From: Epithemia pelagica
Lineage: Eukaryota > Protista > Bacillariophyta
Direction of reading: 5' to 3'
Assembly (NCBI GenBank): GCA_946965045.2
Contig: OX337239.1
Coordinates: 434,001-498,000 of the forward strand
Length of the DNA: 64,000 nt
The translations under genes were made by a program, and so were the position numbers. Below the pieces are notes generated by a model. The model was not told the origin of the DNA. It saw only the letters and a list, made by a program, of their open reading frames with translations, and ran no database searches. Positions 33,726 to 45,347 of this stretch are shown here, one piece after another. The stretch's first letter is position 1. The number at the start of each line of letters is the position of its first letter.

Positions 33726-36641
33726 TTAGACAGGCTTGGAGGGTAGCATCATGGACGACACGAGGAGGGCGTACAGAATGGACCAGAGAAGGCCCACCAC
33801 CACCACACATTGAAACCACCATTGACGACGAGAGGGTACGAAACGTCGTGGCGCTCGTGGATGATGGTGGTGGTGGAAAGAAGGAGTTACGTGATGTCGT
33901 CCTTGTCGTCGACCGTGAATGAACCGTACCAGTAGTAAGCCGCCCATGATTACGACCAGAGTGACAACCACACCACCAACAACAACAGCCACCAAACACA
34001 TTCCCCTCTCATGGCAAGGCGGTAGACTCCACAAATGATGACGATGAGGACGACGCCTGGGTGCCTGTGGATTCAATCCCAATCGTTTCAAAATTTTGGC
34101 CCGTGGCACGGTTCGAGCCTGCCACCACGGAATCGAGTCGATTGCGGTATGAACAATTGTGGACAAATTGGCACAGGATTCGTCGTGATGGCCCGCACTC
34201 CTGGCAATTGCTGGTTGAGTGACCACAAAGTGTTGCAAGAGTCTGGTACAAACGGCAGCTTGCCACGAACCGACACCCAAGGACGCGGTACAATACAAGG
34301 TCCCCAGCGGCTGCTCCTGTCGAGTGTCGGTGGCAGCAGCAACTGCCTGGGCAAAGGCGGTCAAGGAGTGGCAGAGTTGGATGGGAGTTTTGCGGACGCC
34401 TCGGACACAGAGGGCATGAATCGAGGCATGACAGGATTCCCCGAGCAAGAACCGAATGTAATCGTGAGGTTTGGGACCATGGAAATGCAAAATGAAGGGC
34501 CCTTGTCGGCGTCGTCCTCCTTGTTCTGCACTTGGGGTGGGTTCCCAATACGGCTTGAAATTAAAGGCCGGATCCAAAAATTGCACCGAATCCTTGTAAT
34601 AATCGAGATAGGCGCCTTGATCGCTCGGTGACGGATGGTCAAAGGCTCGATCGACATGGTCCAGGACAAAGGCGGAAAAGGCCTCGTGCGTTTGTCGAAG
34701 GTAGGGCAAATTCATCAAGGTGACACCGGCATTGGTGGGAGTGGTGGATCGAAGATCGCTTTCGGCACTCATGGCAATGCTGTACGTGAGATTCAGCCCC
34801 AAGTCGGCCATGGTAAAGGGACGGTGGACAATGGTATCGGCATCGAGCAAGAGACCATATTCGGCGGGAACATACAAGGGAAGATCCAAGCGTTGCCAGG
34901 TTCCAAAATAATTGCCGGCATGCAAAAACAAGGGCGACGCCGAGGACGCGGTGCTGGTCGTGGAATTATTGTGCTCATCTTCTCCTCTTTTTCCTTGATG
35001 ATGTTGTCGCATGCGTTCCATGGCTCTGCTCCACGGTGGATGGCGGGCTTGGAAATGGAGGTGGACATTTTGCGGTGCTTGTTGCAGCCAGGTTTGAAAC
35101 GATTGGTCCTCGAGGTCACCATGATAGAGAAGATGAATGGGTGTGTGGGGCATGACCTTTCGGACCGATGCAATCGAGGCTTGCAACAAGTACTTGCCCA
35201 TTGCCTCGGATCGTTCGGTGTAGGTATACAAAAGGGGCACGGAAAAGACACGCCACATGGATGCCAATGGGATCGATTGCGTATTGTACCAATACACACC
35301 ACCACCACCGGATGGTGGGTCCGGCGTATTGTGGTGGTTGTCGTCCTCCTCTGGACGTTTTGTGGTCGTCCTTGTCGTTGTCTGGGTAAGACGGAGCGCA
35401 ATTTGCAAGGCGGAAAAGGTCGAGACGGAATTTCCCACAAAGGTGGACATGCGTTGACAGACAAAAAAGTCGAGCAAGGCACCCCAATCACGAAAACGAG
35501 GAGGAGGAGTCATTGGGGCGATGCTGGTGTTGTTGGTGTTGTTGTTTCGTGTCGTCCCAAACTGTGGCTGTGGTGGTGCGAACCACGAAGCAGGCTGGTT
35601 GGATGCCACCACCAACTCGGCTCGATTGGTCATTTGAGGAAAGACTTGCCGCAATTCGGTAGGAATCTCGTGATCGCCACAATAATACACCAGCACCTCC
35701 TCCTTGTGGTTGTTCTCTTTGGTATTCAACAACAATAGTCTGTTTTGAAGGGCTTGTCCCATGGAGGTGACATTGAGACAATTGCCGCGATAGACGCCGT
35801 CCGGAATGCTGGACCAACGGGCACAATGATGATGCCAATCCCATCCATTGCGATGATGGAGACACACACCGCCATTGCGGTTGGTTGTCGTAGTATTGCC
35901 CTGTTGCTGTTGTTGCAACCGACGAACCAACTCGTCCACCTGGGGCTGGACCGTGTGTGGAGCGGGTCGAAGCAACCAATCCAAGAGTTGTTGGACCAAT
36001 CGGGGCGATTCGTGTTGCACGGCACCCAGTTCCGGACACGACGGCATGCTGTTTTCAGTACTGTATTGGACCAATCGAGCCGTGAGGCCATAGTGTTGGT
36101 GCAATCGACGCATGAGCGTCGTGGTATCCAAGACTTGATCCAAGGGAATGGTGGGACCCATTGTGACTGTACTCGTCGAAGTGGTGGTGTTGTGGTTCTG
36201 GTGGTCCTGGAATTGGTCTGGTCGTCGTGCTAGTTGAGGATACACGGGCCGGTCGGAGGATTGTGTCCCATCCAAGATGAAGGAATTGGGAATTTCCACC
36301 ACGGTGGCCCCTTGTCGAATGGCACGAGCCAAGGACGTGGCATGAAACAAGAGTTGATTGGACAAGCCATTGCAAATGTTGTAGCGATAAATCGTCGTCG
36401 TCGTATTGTGCTTGTTGTTGTGCTTGTTGTTGTGCTGGTTGTCCGTACGAGTCCATGGCCAGCACGTCGCCACGGGGACCCCTGTCATCAGCAGGCCCAT
36501 CCAGAACCAAACGAGCAACCAACAACCACAACAACTGGTTGTCCACGGCATCGTCATCTTCCTCCTCTGGACGAAACAGAGCGTAGCTCGTTGGTTTTGT
36601 TGGTCCTGGTATTTCAATCGCTTCTCTTGTGTTGACTCCAT
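33726..36641 (-). CDS. bifunctional glycosyltransferase: O-fucosyltransferase-like domain plus GT8 domain, membrane anchored (971 aa)
   Basis: CNGLSNQ, LHHRNGWDW..HC and LDFFVC..FVGNSVSTFS (O-FucT); RLDLP, LLDADT (DxD), NAGV, DQG, ILHFHGPKP (GT8); N- and C-terminal TM helices. Confidence 0.8.
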   Translation of the reverse strand: MESTQEKRLKYQDQQNQRATLCFVQRRKMTMPWTTSCCGCWLLVWFWMGLLMTGVPVATCWPWTRTDNQHNNKHNNKHNTTTTIYRYNICNGLSNQLLFHATSLARAIRQGATVVEIPNSFILDGTQSSDRPVYPQLARRPDQFQDHQNHNTTTSTSTVTMGPTIPLDQVLDTTTLMRRLHQHYGLTARLVQYSTENSMPSCPELGAVQHESPRLVQQLLDWLLRPAPHTVQPQVDELVRRLQQQQQGNTTTTNRNGGVCLHHRNGWDWHHHCARWSSIPDGVYRGNCLNVTSMGQALQNRLLLLNTKENNHKEEVLVYYCGDHEIPTELRQVFPQMTNRAELVVASNQPASWFAPPQPQFGTTRNNNTNNTSIAPMTPPPRFRDWGALLDFFVCQRMSTFVGNSVSTFSALQIALRLTQTTTRTTTKRPEEDDNHHNTPDPPSGGGGVYWYNTQSIPLASMWRVFSVPLLYTYTERSEAMGKYLLQASIASVRKVMPHTPIHLLYHGDLEDQSFQTWLQQAPQNVHLHFQARHPPWSRAMERMRQHHQGKRGEDEHNNSTTSTASSASPLFLHAGNYFGTWQRLDLPLYVPAEYGLLLDADTIVHRPFTMADLGLNLTYSIAMSAESDLRSTTPTNAGVTLMNLPYLRQTHEAFSAFVLDHVDRAFDHPSPSDQGAYLDYYKDSVQFLDPAFNFKPYWEPTPSAEQGGRRRQGPFILHFHGPKPHDYIRFLLGESCHASIHALCVRGVRKTPIQLCHSLTAFAQAVAAATDTRQEQPLGTLYCTASLGVGSWQAAVCTRLLQHFVVTQPAIARSAGHHDESCANLSTIVHTAIDSIPWWQARTVPRAKILKRLGLNPQAPRRRPHRHHLWSLPPCHERGMCLVAVVVGGVVVTLVVIMGGLLLVRFIHGRRQGRHHVTPSFHHHHHPRAPRRFVPSRRQWWFQCVVVVGLLWSILYALLVSSMMLPSKPV

Positions 36642-36893
36642 GCAAGGAAAATCGGAAACGAGTTCTCTCTCTCGATCTCTCTCTCTCTTTTTTTTTTACT
36701 GGAGACTACTCGTACGAGAGAAAAACACACGACACTTTCACAATGATGGTGCATGGGCATGGGAAGCAGAGCCTTCCACAATGGGATAAGAGGCAATGAC
36801 GCGACGAACCAAAAAATGAGGATGGACGAGAGGGGAAATGTGGGCAGTGAATGAAGCGATCCGTTAGCGACTAAATATGAAAACTTTTCGGTA

Positions 36894-38705
36894 TTGTATA
36901 GGGTATATGATTGCGATACTGAAAACCCATTGGGTGTTGTGAGGAACTCAACGGGGGTAATGGCAAACCATGAGATGAGCCATCCTCCTCACCATCAGGA
37001 CAATAACAAGGACGACCACAATCACACGAACAGCAATGATGATACCAGTCGCAGTCCCTCCTCCATGCCATGTTCTGGTCCAACGACGGATCCTGCAGTC
37101 ATTCCACCCGTCGTGTCGTCATCTTCTTTTCGTCGTCGTCTTGAATCTTCGGGGTTGGAATTGGCTCCTCCTCCCACAAGAAACAACCAACAGAACAACA
37201 ACCACAACACACATGCGGATGATGGGCCACAAGCACCAGCAGCATGTACACCACAACGACAACCGTCCTATCCTCCCTTGAAATTCGGGCATCGATACGG
37301 TCATGCGGCCGTCTATCTGGAACCCCACCAACACCACCAGGGAGCCGCCATTGTCGTAGTGGGGGGACACACGCAAGACCGCGAGGATGATTGGACCTCG
37401 GTCCTCGTGTTTCGGTGGCACAACCACTAGCACACGGGAGGAGGAGAATGGCAGGAAGGCCCCGATTTGAATCAAGAACGATCCAGTCATGCGGCCGTCG
37501 TTTGTCAAGACTATCTCTATGCCATTGGAGGATTCTGTTGTTTCTCCTTGGAACGTATTGCCATTGCCGACTTGTTGGCCTATACAGCAAAGGACGATGA
37601 CGATGATTCGAACGAGGATGCTACGACTACATCCAACGACGACACGCCATGGGAAACCTTGCCCTGTCGCTTGTCACGGGAACGCAGTGAAGCTGCCGCG
37701 GCCGTGGTCCACAATCGCTTTGTGGTAATTGTCGGTGGCGGGAATGGCACGACGGTCGTCGAAGTGGTGGATACGTATACTCTGACTATCACCCTTTCCG
37801 AGTGTGGCCTCGTCATTCCTCGCACGTCGTGGGTGGTGGGAGGATCGCATCGAATGACACAACGACGAACGAGAAGAAGAAGAATGGTCCTGGACGACAA
37901 TCAGGACGACGACCCACTCGTCCCCAACGACAATGACAATCACCACTATTACTACGACGACTACGTGGACGAGGAGGAGGTTGTCACAATTTGGGATTCG
38001 ATCGAATCCATCACATATCCAACTTGCTGCGGCGCATCCAATTCCCAGCTCGTCTTTTCCTCTCCGACTTGGACCCTGGTCCACGACCTGCGTCTCGTGG
38101 TACCCTGTCACGAACATGCCATGACCGTGGTCGGTCCGTTGTGTTTGATTGTCGCGGGCGGGCGGACCAATGCGCACAATGGTATCGGGACGACCATTCA
38201 AGTGGTGGATACCCGTCAACGGGTCGTCTATTGTCTGGACGAAACAATGCGTCTCTCGGTGCCACGACACTGGCATGCCATGGTCCACGTGCACTCGTTT
38301 CCGTTGTCGTCGTCGTCGTCGTCGTGCTTTTCGTCGGTTTCGTGTTGCACATCCAGAACCACACGACCGCAAAATGATGACCACAACAACGACAACGACA
38401 ACGACAACAACAAGACCCATTCTCCGCCTCATTGGCTGCGGAACCAAGAATTGGTCCTTTTGGGAGGAGATGGATTGGACTCGGTTGAATCCGTGGCCTT
38501 GTCGCATGCACCGACACAACGGTTTCAATGGCTCCTGCTGCACCAACTATTACCCAACAAGCCACAGCCACAACCACTTTGTACGACCAGCACAATCCCA
38601 ACAAGAAGGGACAACGATGAATCCCCCCAGAATGAGGCACAAACTCGATTGGACGGCGACGACTCGGCCATCCATCCTTTCCGAAAACGATGCAAGCTTG
38701 CTTGA
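36894..38705 (+). pseudogene. kelch-repeat gene interrupted by one in-frame TAG (37428-37430)
   Basis: ORFs 36894-37430 and 37467-38705 share a frame; the kelch repeat runs across the stop (VVVGG...W..GPDLNQERSSHAAVV). Confidence 0.7.
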
Positions 38706-39971
38706 AACCACAACACTAACAACAACAAGAAGAAGAACGAGAACAATGGGGAGTAATGGTACAAGGGCCACAAGGTCCTACTCGGATGATACCTCGCGTG
38801 CCTTGTTTTGGGGGGAGAGGATTCGGAGAATCGCTTGTTGTCCAATCGTCCGGATTGGCCCAAACCAAGGAGGAGGAAGACGAGAAAGACCAAGCCATGC
38901 GACAGAATCCAACCCACAACAAGAGATGAAGAGTCACAATCACCACCACCAGTCTCATGATTCTCGGCATCATTCTCACGATCATCCTCATTCTCTTGAT
39001 TATGCTTCTCAGGGTCACGATCATGTCCACAATGATGATATTGGTAGTTGTCATAGTACCATGATGTATTCCCGGGGCTACTTTGCACCCATTGTCATGG
39101 CATCCATGAAACACCAACAATGATTGTCCGAGAGTGTCGATTTCATTCTACAACACTATACTCGAGCTATGGACCTTTCTCAACTACAACAAGAACAACC
39201 AGAAAACGACCCTCCTCCAGACACTCGAACCGAATCCACCATCTTTTAAGTTCGACATTAAAGGAATGAAACGGCCTCACACACCACTTCGTATGGTGTG
39301 GGTACGTAGCTAGTATTATTAGTCTGAAGTTCCATCTCACCGCATCTTCATGATAGGGATCTGGCTCACGTCATGACTGTTTGGTAGCGAGAGATTTTCT
39401 CAAACAATGCCAGCACTGTAGAGTGCAAGTACATAGACCATTCTCTATTATTCCACATGCGACACTATTGTTGCTTTGACATTCCTATCCATGTCCAAAC
39501 CGCGATCCTCCCATTTCAACCATGCCATGAAGAGCCGCTATTCGCATTGCCTTCCGTTCGATTCAGAGGGCGGACAAACGCAGCTATGGAGGAAGTAGAA
39601 AACAGTCACGTTTGACTCGCACAAGAGATCTTCTTTCTTTCGGGACGGTCATCGCCATGAGAAGAGTGCTTTGCAGTCGATCTACCTAGGACTTGTATGT
39701 GAACACAGATGATAACTTTTATACAGCGAAGGAGCGTAGAGGACGGAGACACGTACAGTGATGAGAGGTTGGGTCGATCGGCCCTTGTCCACACAAAGTA
39801 TTAGCAATCCAACACTCCAGCAAAGGCGCGATGAATGGCCGCCTGAGGCGACGACAGAGAATGAGAATGACTCATGACTCCCATATGAGGTGGTACTGGT
39901 GATAGGTCCTGGTCCGGGTCGTCCGTCGGTTTCTCGGACAGGACATTGGGTGTTTGAGCGCCCACAATGTG

Positions 39972-41362
39972 CTAGACGGGAGCGTTCCTCACCACTTGAA
40001 TGGAAACCTTGGTTGTGTCTTGCACCTCTTGAATATGTTTGCCCCGTTTGCCAATCCACCGTCCCAGTTGATCCTCCGGCATGTCCACAGTTTGACCCAA
40101 CAATTCTTCCACGGTACAGCTCAATTGTTTGGCCTGATGGACCAAGGCCCATTCCGTCCGATGTTCCGAAATGCGTTGCCCCAAGGTTTGCAGTTCCTGC
40201 CGTAGATTGGAAATCTCCGTCTGTAGTAGTAGTAGAGAGAGGATCGCATATATAGAGTATAGTATTGGGATTGTTGAATTCGATCGTCTGCAGTCGTGTT
40301 TGTCGTAGAAGTACGAGGAATGGAACTGACCGGAGCCTTGAGAAGGCCTTTTCGTCGCCACTACCACCAGGCATTCGGAGACGAAGTGTCTTGCGACACT
40401 GCATGTGTTGTAATTAGTTTGGACCAATGTTGGCCAGGACTATCCTTCTGGATCCCAACATTTGCCTTCCATGGTCGACAGTGGCATTGTCTTGTGGTTA
40501 TGGTTGTTATGTGTGGGATCTAGGGCGGTCCATTGGTAAATAGCAAACACTCGTTCCGTCAAGGCTGGTACTTGTCGCACATGATCTGCTGGATCGCACT
40601 GCTCGTTGTCGTTGTGGGTGCCATGCAACCATCGGGTGGGCGGTTCCAATCCAGAATCACCATCCTCTGCGTCGATATCACAACAGAGCAAGGCTCGTTC
40701 CATGCTCTTATCCAAAGTTGCAAATTCGACCGTCAAGCCCTTGTTGGCAATGGCTTGTCGAGCCGTTTCGCTGCCATCCAAAATGATAAAGGTTCCAAAG
40801 GTAGCAAATTGCATCCACTGGTCGAGTTTGGGAACCACGACCATGGTAAAGAAGTCCGTCAGGGCCATGGATGAATGGAAAAGGTCTGGGTCGTTTCATC
40901 AAAATACACGGCCAACAGTAGAAGGTTGTTCTGGTTGTTGTTGGCAGAGTCTTGCTGCGGTTGTTGTTGTTGTACCATGGCATTCGATTCATTCCGCATG
41001 CGGTTCACATTGGTCGTACTGGTCGCGGTCAAACTGTACAAAAGTGTGGGCATGGGAGGCAAGGGTTCCACGGGCTTTTCTTCGATAAGGCATTCATCGT
41101 TGGGATTGGCTCGAACAAGAGTAGTGCCAAACACCAAAAGCCAAACACCAACATAGTCTTCTTCCTCTTCTTCGTCGTCTTGTTGTTGTTGTTGTGTCGT
41201 CGTCATCGACTTGCTCTTGCTCTTGTCGTCGTCGTCTTGGTTGTGGCTTCGTTGCAGAGGAGCCGTGTCCTCGTGTTGTTGTTGTGTCGTCGTCATCGAC
41301 TTGTTGTCGTCGTCGTCGTCTTGGTTGTGCTTTTGTTGAAGACCGCTTGCGCTGCCGACCAT
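39972..41362 (-). pseudogene. fragmented or multi-exon gene containing a KH RNA-binding motif
   Basis: GRWIGKRGKHIQEVQDTTKVSIQV matches the KH GxxG loop; flanking ORF pieces lie in different frames. Confidence 0.4.
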
Positions 41363-41598
41363 TGCGCCGCAGAGGTACGTCCAACAGTGCCCCGACGGTT
41401 GATTGTTGTGTAGTTGCGCTGTGTTGCTGCCCTCGACCCTCGAGGTACGTGCAACAATGCCCCGACGGTTGATTGTGGCGCTGTGTTAAACCGACCCCGC
41501 TGCCTGTCCATCGCCAAACAACACGAAACGCCAACAACAACAACACGCAACAATCCAACACGCACAAAAACAAAAAATACGATTGACCAAAAATACAA

Positions 41599-42399
41599 TT
41601 GACCATGATGTTGAACATGAATACTTACTGTTATGAAGTGATGTGGACCCTTTTCATGCTCCTTCAGGAGCTGATGAAATGGGCTGAGTTCTGTGCTCCG
41701 TATGTGTTGTTGAGTCTTTTTGTCTTCTTCGTTTACACCTTGAATGCGTGCGATTTGCTCATCAAGAAGTTGCTTCGCGCCGACAAGAAACATCGGCACG
41801 AAAAGGCGTTCCTTCGGCAAGAAAAAGCTCAGCTTCAACAACAGCTGGCCATTGCTGAAGCAAAGCTTGCTGAGAAGCACTGCGACTGCGAGCAGAATCG
41901 TCGTGACGAGGATGGAGAGCAGAATCGTCGTCACGAAGATGGAGAGATGGAGATTCGCGATCGCGAGGAGGCGGTCGACGTCGACACTGTTGCTGTTCTG
42001 CCTTGCGAGTTCGACGCTGACTTGGACTTCCCTCCTCTCGCACTCGCAGACGATCTCGAGGACAACGAGGAGACCCCTCTGGTTCCAGTCGACCGTCCTG
42101 AGCCTGAACCCGCGCTCATCCCCGACGACGACGACGACGAGATCACTTTGGGGCACGACTCACCCCCTCGAAATTACACCCCTTCTTCCATGGTCGCCAC
42201 CCCTCCTTCCCCCACCCCCACCCAAGAAAATACCTCGCCTCACATGGATGAGAATGCCCCCGAGAGTTCCTCCGGCCCCGAGGACTCCCCGCGTTTGGGC
42301 AGCATCCTTACTGTTGCCTACTCCCAAAAGGCACGCCGAATGGTGCACGTTCGACGATCCGCTCGTCTTTTGTCCGCGGGTACGGGTACAGAAAAATAA
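41599..42399 (+). CDS. hypothetical protein: hydrophobic segment, coiled coil, acidic linker and C-terminal RRSARL motif
   Basis: ORF of 266 aa ending PRLGSIL...VHVRRSARLLSA. Confidence 0.6.
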   Translation: MTMMLNMNTYCYEVMWTLFMLLQELMKWAEFCAPYVLLSLFVFFVYTLNACDLLIKKLLRADKKHRHEKAFLRQEKAQLQQQLAIAEAKLAEKHCDCEQNRRDEDGEQNRRHEDGEMEIRDREEAVDVDTVAVLPCEFDADLDFPPLALADDLEDNEETPLVPVDRPEPEPALIPDDDDDEITLGHDSPPRNYTPSSMVATPPSPTPTQENTSPHMDENAPESSSGPEDSPRLGSILTVAYSQKARRMVHVRRSARLLSAGTGTEK

Positions 42400-42593
42400 C
42401 TTGTCGGTTGCCAATGGTACGTGCGCACGGTCGTGTCGGTAATGAATCGTTTTCCTACTCATCCTACTCACTCTACCCCTTCTTCTGTTTCTAACGACAT
42501 TGTTAAATTCTACTCCTACATCAGCTGAGTCTAGCTAGAGACCTTGTCGGAGATCGGAGACGTCCTTGTTGGTGTGTCGGTTGTCGGTGTTAT

Positions 42594-42990
42594 CACAAAA
42601 CCCTGGTGGCACGAGGACTCTGTCCTTGTGTCATCAGGTATGGCATGGAGACTTCGGTCTCTGTGCCATCACAAAACCCTGGTGGCACGAGGACTTTGTC
42701 CTTGTGTCACCAGGTATGGCATGGAGACTTCGGTCTCTGTGCCATTCCGGAAGAGTGCCATAGTTGTCCCTGGAGAATCCATTGATTCCTCTGGGCTTCC
42801 AAAATTTCACAAAACCTTGGTGGCACGAGGACTTTGTCCTTGTGTCACCATATGCCATCACAAAACCCTGGTGGTACGAGGACTTTGTCCTTGTGTCATC
42901 AGGTATGGCATGGAGACTTTGGTCTCTGTGCCATTGGGGAAGAGTGCCATAGTTGCCCCTGGAGAATCCATTGATTCCTCCGCTTCCCTA
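42594..42990 (+). repeat. complex minisatellite: four copies of a ~40-bp core with nested partial units
   Basis: cacaaaaccctggtggcacgaggact.tgtccttgtgtca at 42594, 42670, 42808, 42859. Confidence 0.9.
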
Positions 42991-43089
42991 CAATACCCGC
43001 TGTATTTGTGGCCGCGTTGACGACGCTAGCGGGCTTGCGGGAGAGATACCAATCTCCTTACCAAGAGCCACATAAAAAATGTTACACAC

Positions 43090-43221
43090 AACAGGACTTG
43101 CGCCGACACAGTACAAGTGATACCGACCCGCCGAAGGTGGAAACTTGGCACCTGGTGCGGAACTGACAAAGTCCCTCCAAATGGTTTCTTCCACAACTGC
43201 TGCTGTCGCTGGAGTTGTCAA
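43090..43221 (-). pseudogene. N-terminal fragment of a glutathionyl-hydroquinone reductase (Xi/omega-like GST, ECM4/YqjG type)
   Basis: WRDFVSSAPGAKFPPSAGRYHLY matches the family N-terminus; the CPWA active site and the rest of the protein are missing. Confidence 0.6.
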
Positions 43222-43732
43222 GGGCGGCGTGGGTTCGACCGACAGGTGAACGGCCGACTACCGCCGCAAGCTGCTGCTGCTGCGATGTGGTCGAGGCGGG
43301 AGGTCGTTTGCCGAACATAAAATTGGGCTTGGTTGAGGACAGAAGGGATTATGACATTGTAATATTCGGCCGCTGTATTGTCCAAGACACGGTGAGAGTC
43401 CTCGCACAAGCCATGAAAGTGATGGAGGGGTGATTTTTCTTCTTCCTTGTCGTTGATGTGGTTGTTTTCTGTCGAAAGACTGGAGCGTCGTTTGCGTTGC
43501 GAGACACGTTCGCCAACCGAGGCGGGATCCATAGGTGGATGCAGTGGAGGAGTAGGAGGAGGACACCACCCACGACGACGAGGACTTGCTCCTCTTGGTT
43601 CGTTGGGCAGTCTTGGTAGGAGCCACCACCGAAATCGCATTGACAATTCCTCTTGGAGTTGGGTTGGATTCGTCGAAGCAAGCAGTGTATCGCTGGCCGA
43701 TCGCCCGGCCACCAAAACACAACATCCTTGAT

Positions 43733-44621
43733 CTACCGTGGGTTTGACAAAGGCGGTTCAGGTCCCGGATTAGAGCAACCGGAGCGCCACGTGGGATCCA
43801 ATTTTGGTGGCATGTGACCGAGTTGAACCACTTTGAACACACCGGGCAGAATGGATTTGGTGGGCGGGCCACGTCTCTTGAATGGTTTGTCGTACAATGG
43901 AATTGACACCATTGCAACCCACAATCAAATCATACGACGACGACGACGACGAGTCTGGCGTTTCATGATTGCTGCTACTGGTTGTTGTTCTCGTCGTCAA
44001 GATCCGACCCTGCCGCAGATCCACACGGGTCACTTTGGTATCGTACTGAATCGACACTCTTGGTGGTTGTTGTTGTTCGTCCTTCCAACGGTGTTCCAAT
44101 TCCTCCAACAAGACACGACACAAATCACTTTGGTACAAGAGCATGGACGGTTCGGCGGCTGTCTCATTATTTGTGGCTGTGGTTGTTGTTGTTGATTTTG
44201 TCTTTTGGCCATCGCGCAATCGCAACCGAAACGGTCCGACATGAAGATGAAATCGTTCACTGGCAAAGCCAACCTTTTGCACCGCCTTCCACAAGGATGA
44301 TTCTTGATTGTCGTCATCTTGGTCGACGGATTGAATCACCGTTCGTCCTCGCATAAGGCATAGGCTCGAGATCTTTGGATATACTTGCTCCTGAGGTCGT
44401 GATCGCGATTCAAACAAGGATATATGGGCTCCATTCGATACCAATTTGTGGGCCAATAACAGCCCCGAAGGACCTCCACCCACAATGGCCACCGTCAATC
44501 CATTCAAGGCAGTGTTTTCGTTGTTCGACAAGGTGGTGGTTGGTTTTGTCGAGAAAAGGGAAATGCTGTTCCTAAACCTGGTATTCGAAAACAAATCTCT
44601 GGGAGGCACAAAACACCCCAA
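43733..44621 (-). pseudogene. truncated FAD-dependent monooxygenase (kynurenine-3-monooxygenase-like)
   Basis: VAIVGGGPSGLLLA..FESR Rossmann motif; YDLIVGCNGVNSIVR; frameshift near 43865; C-terminal half absent. Confidence 0.7.
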
Positions 44622-45347
44622 ACAAGCATGAAAGAATCAAAACAAGGCGAACGGAAAGGTAGAATGTCATTGTGATTCGGTTTGTGATGTCCGAAATCTC
44701 TCTCTCAAAAGATTTTTGCAAGTTGACGAGGAGATATCTTTCGTATGGTTGGGGGATTCCCCTCCCCAAAACAAATCAGATTTTTCTCACGCATCTTCAG
44801 GGTCTGAGACTCATGCTGCAATGATTGAATGCACTACTGCCGTCCTTCATTGTGACAAAGGCACTCTCTGGTCGAGCTACGGCAGTGTCATACGCCGCCT
44901 TATTGCTGCTGACCCAATGATGAAACATGACGGTCTGCCACGCGCGCAACGGTATAGTTCGATCGCGCAGGACTCTCGGGGACAGGTCTCGTTTACCATA
45001 CTCCTCAGCTATACAATTATCGATCGCTCTTCTAAAGAAAGATTGCTTGTGGTCCATCGATACAGTACCACCGTTCGAGCGTAACCACGGCCAATTCCAC
45101 AATTCGTTCCATCATCGCTTCATCGTCCATCCTTGTCATTCACCATCTCTCTCATCGACCGAGACTTGGAGGAGATTGGTTCGGTCAAACTCTCCACGTG
45201 AGAACAAAGCGAGAGAGAAGAAACACAAAGGAAGGAACAGACGCAAAGGAGAAACGGGGGAGAGAAGAAGAAGAAGAGTAGTAGCATTCCTCCAGGTTCG
45301 CAAAGCTTGGAGACACACTCGATCCTGTTGGGGCGAACCACCACACC

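Noticed and set aside
42525-42560. Helitron 3' end (CTAG) after the gene-fragment mosaic
   Set aside because: CTAG is present, but there is no convincing subterminal hairpin or A/T insertion site
42594-42990. CRISPR-like repeat-spacer array
   Set aside because: The spacers are homologous to one another and very unequal in length, there are no cas genes, and the context is eukaryotic
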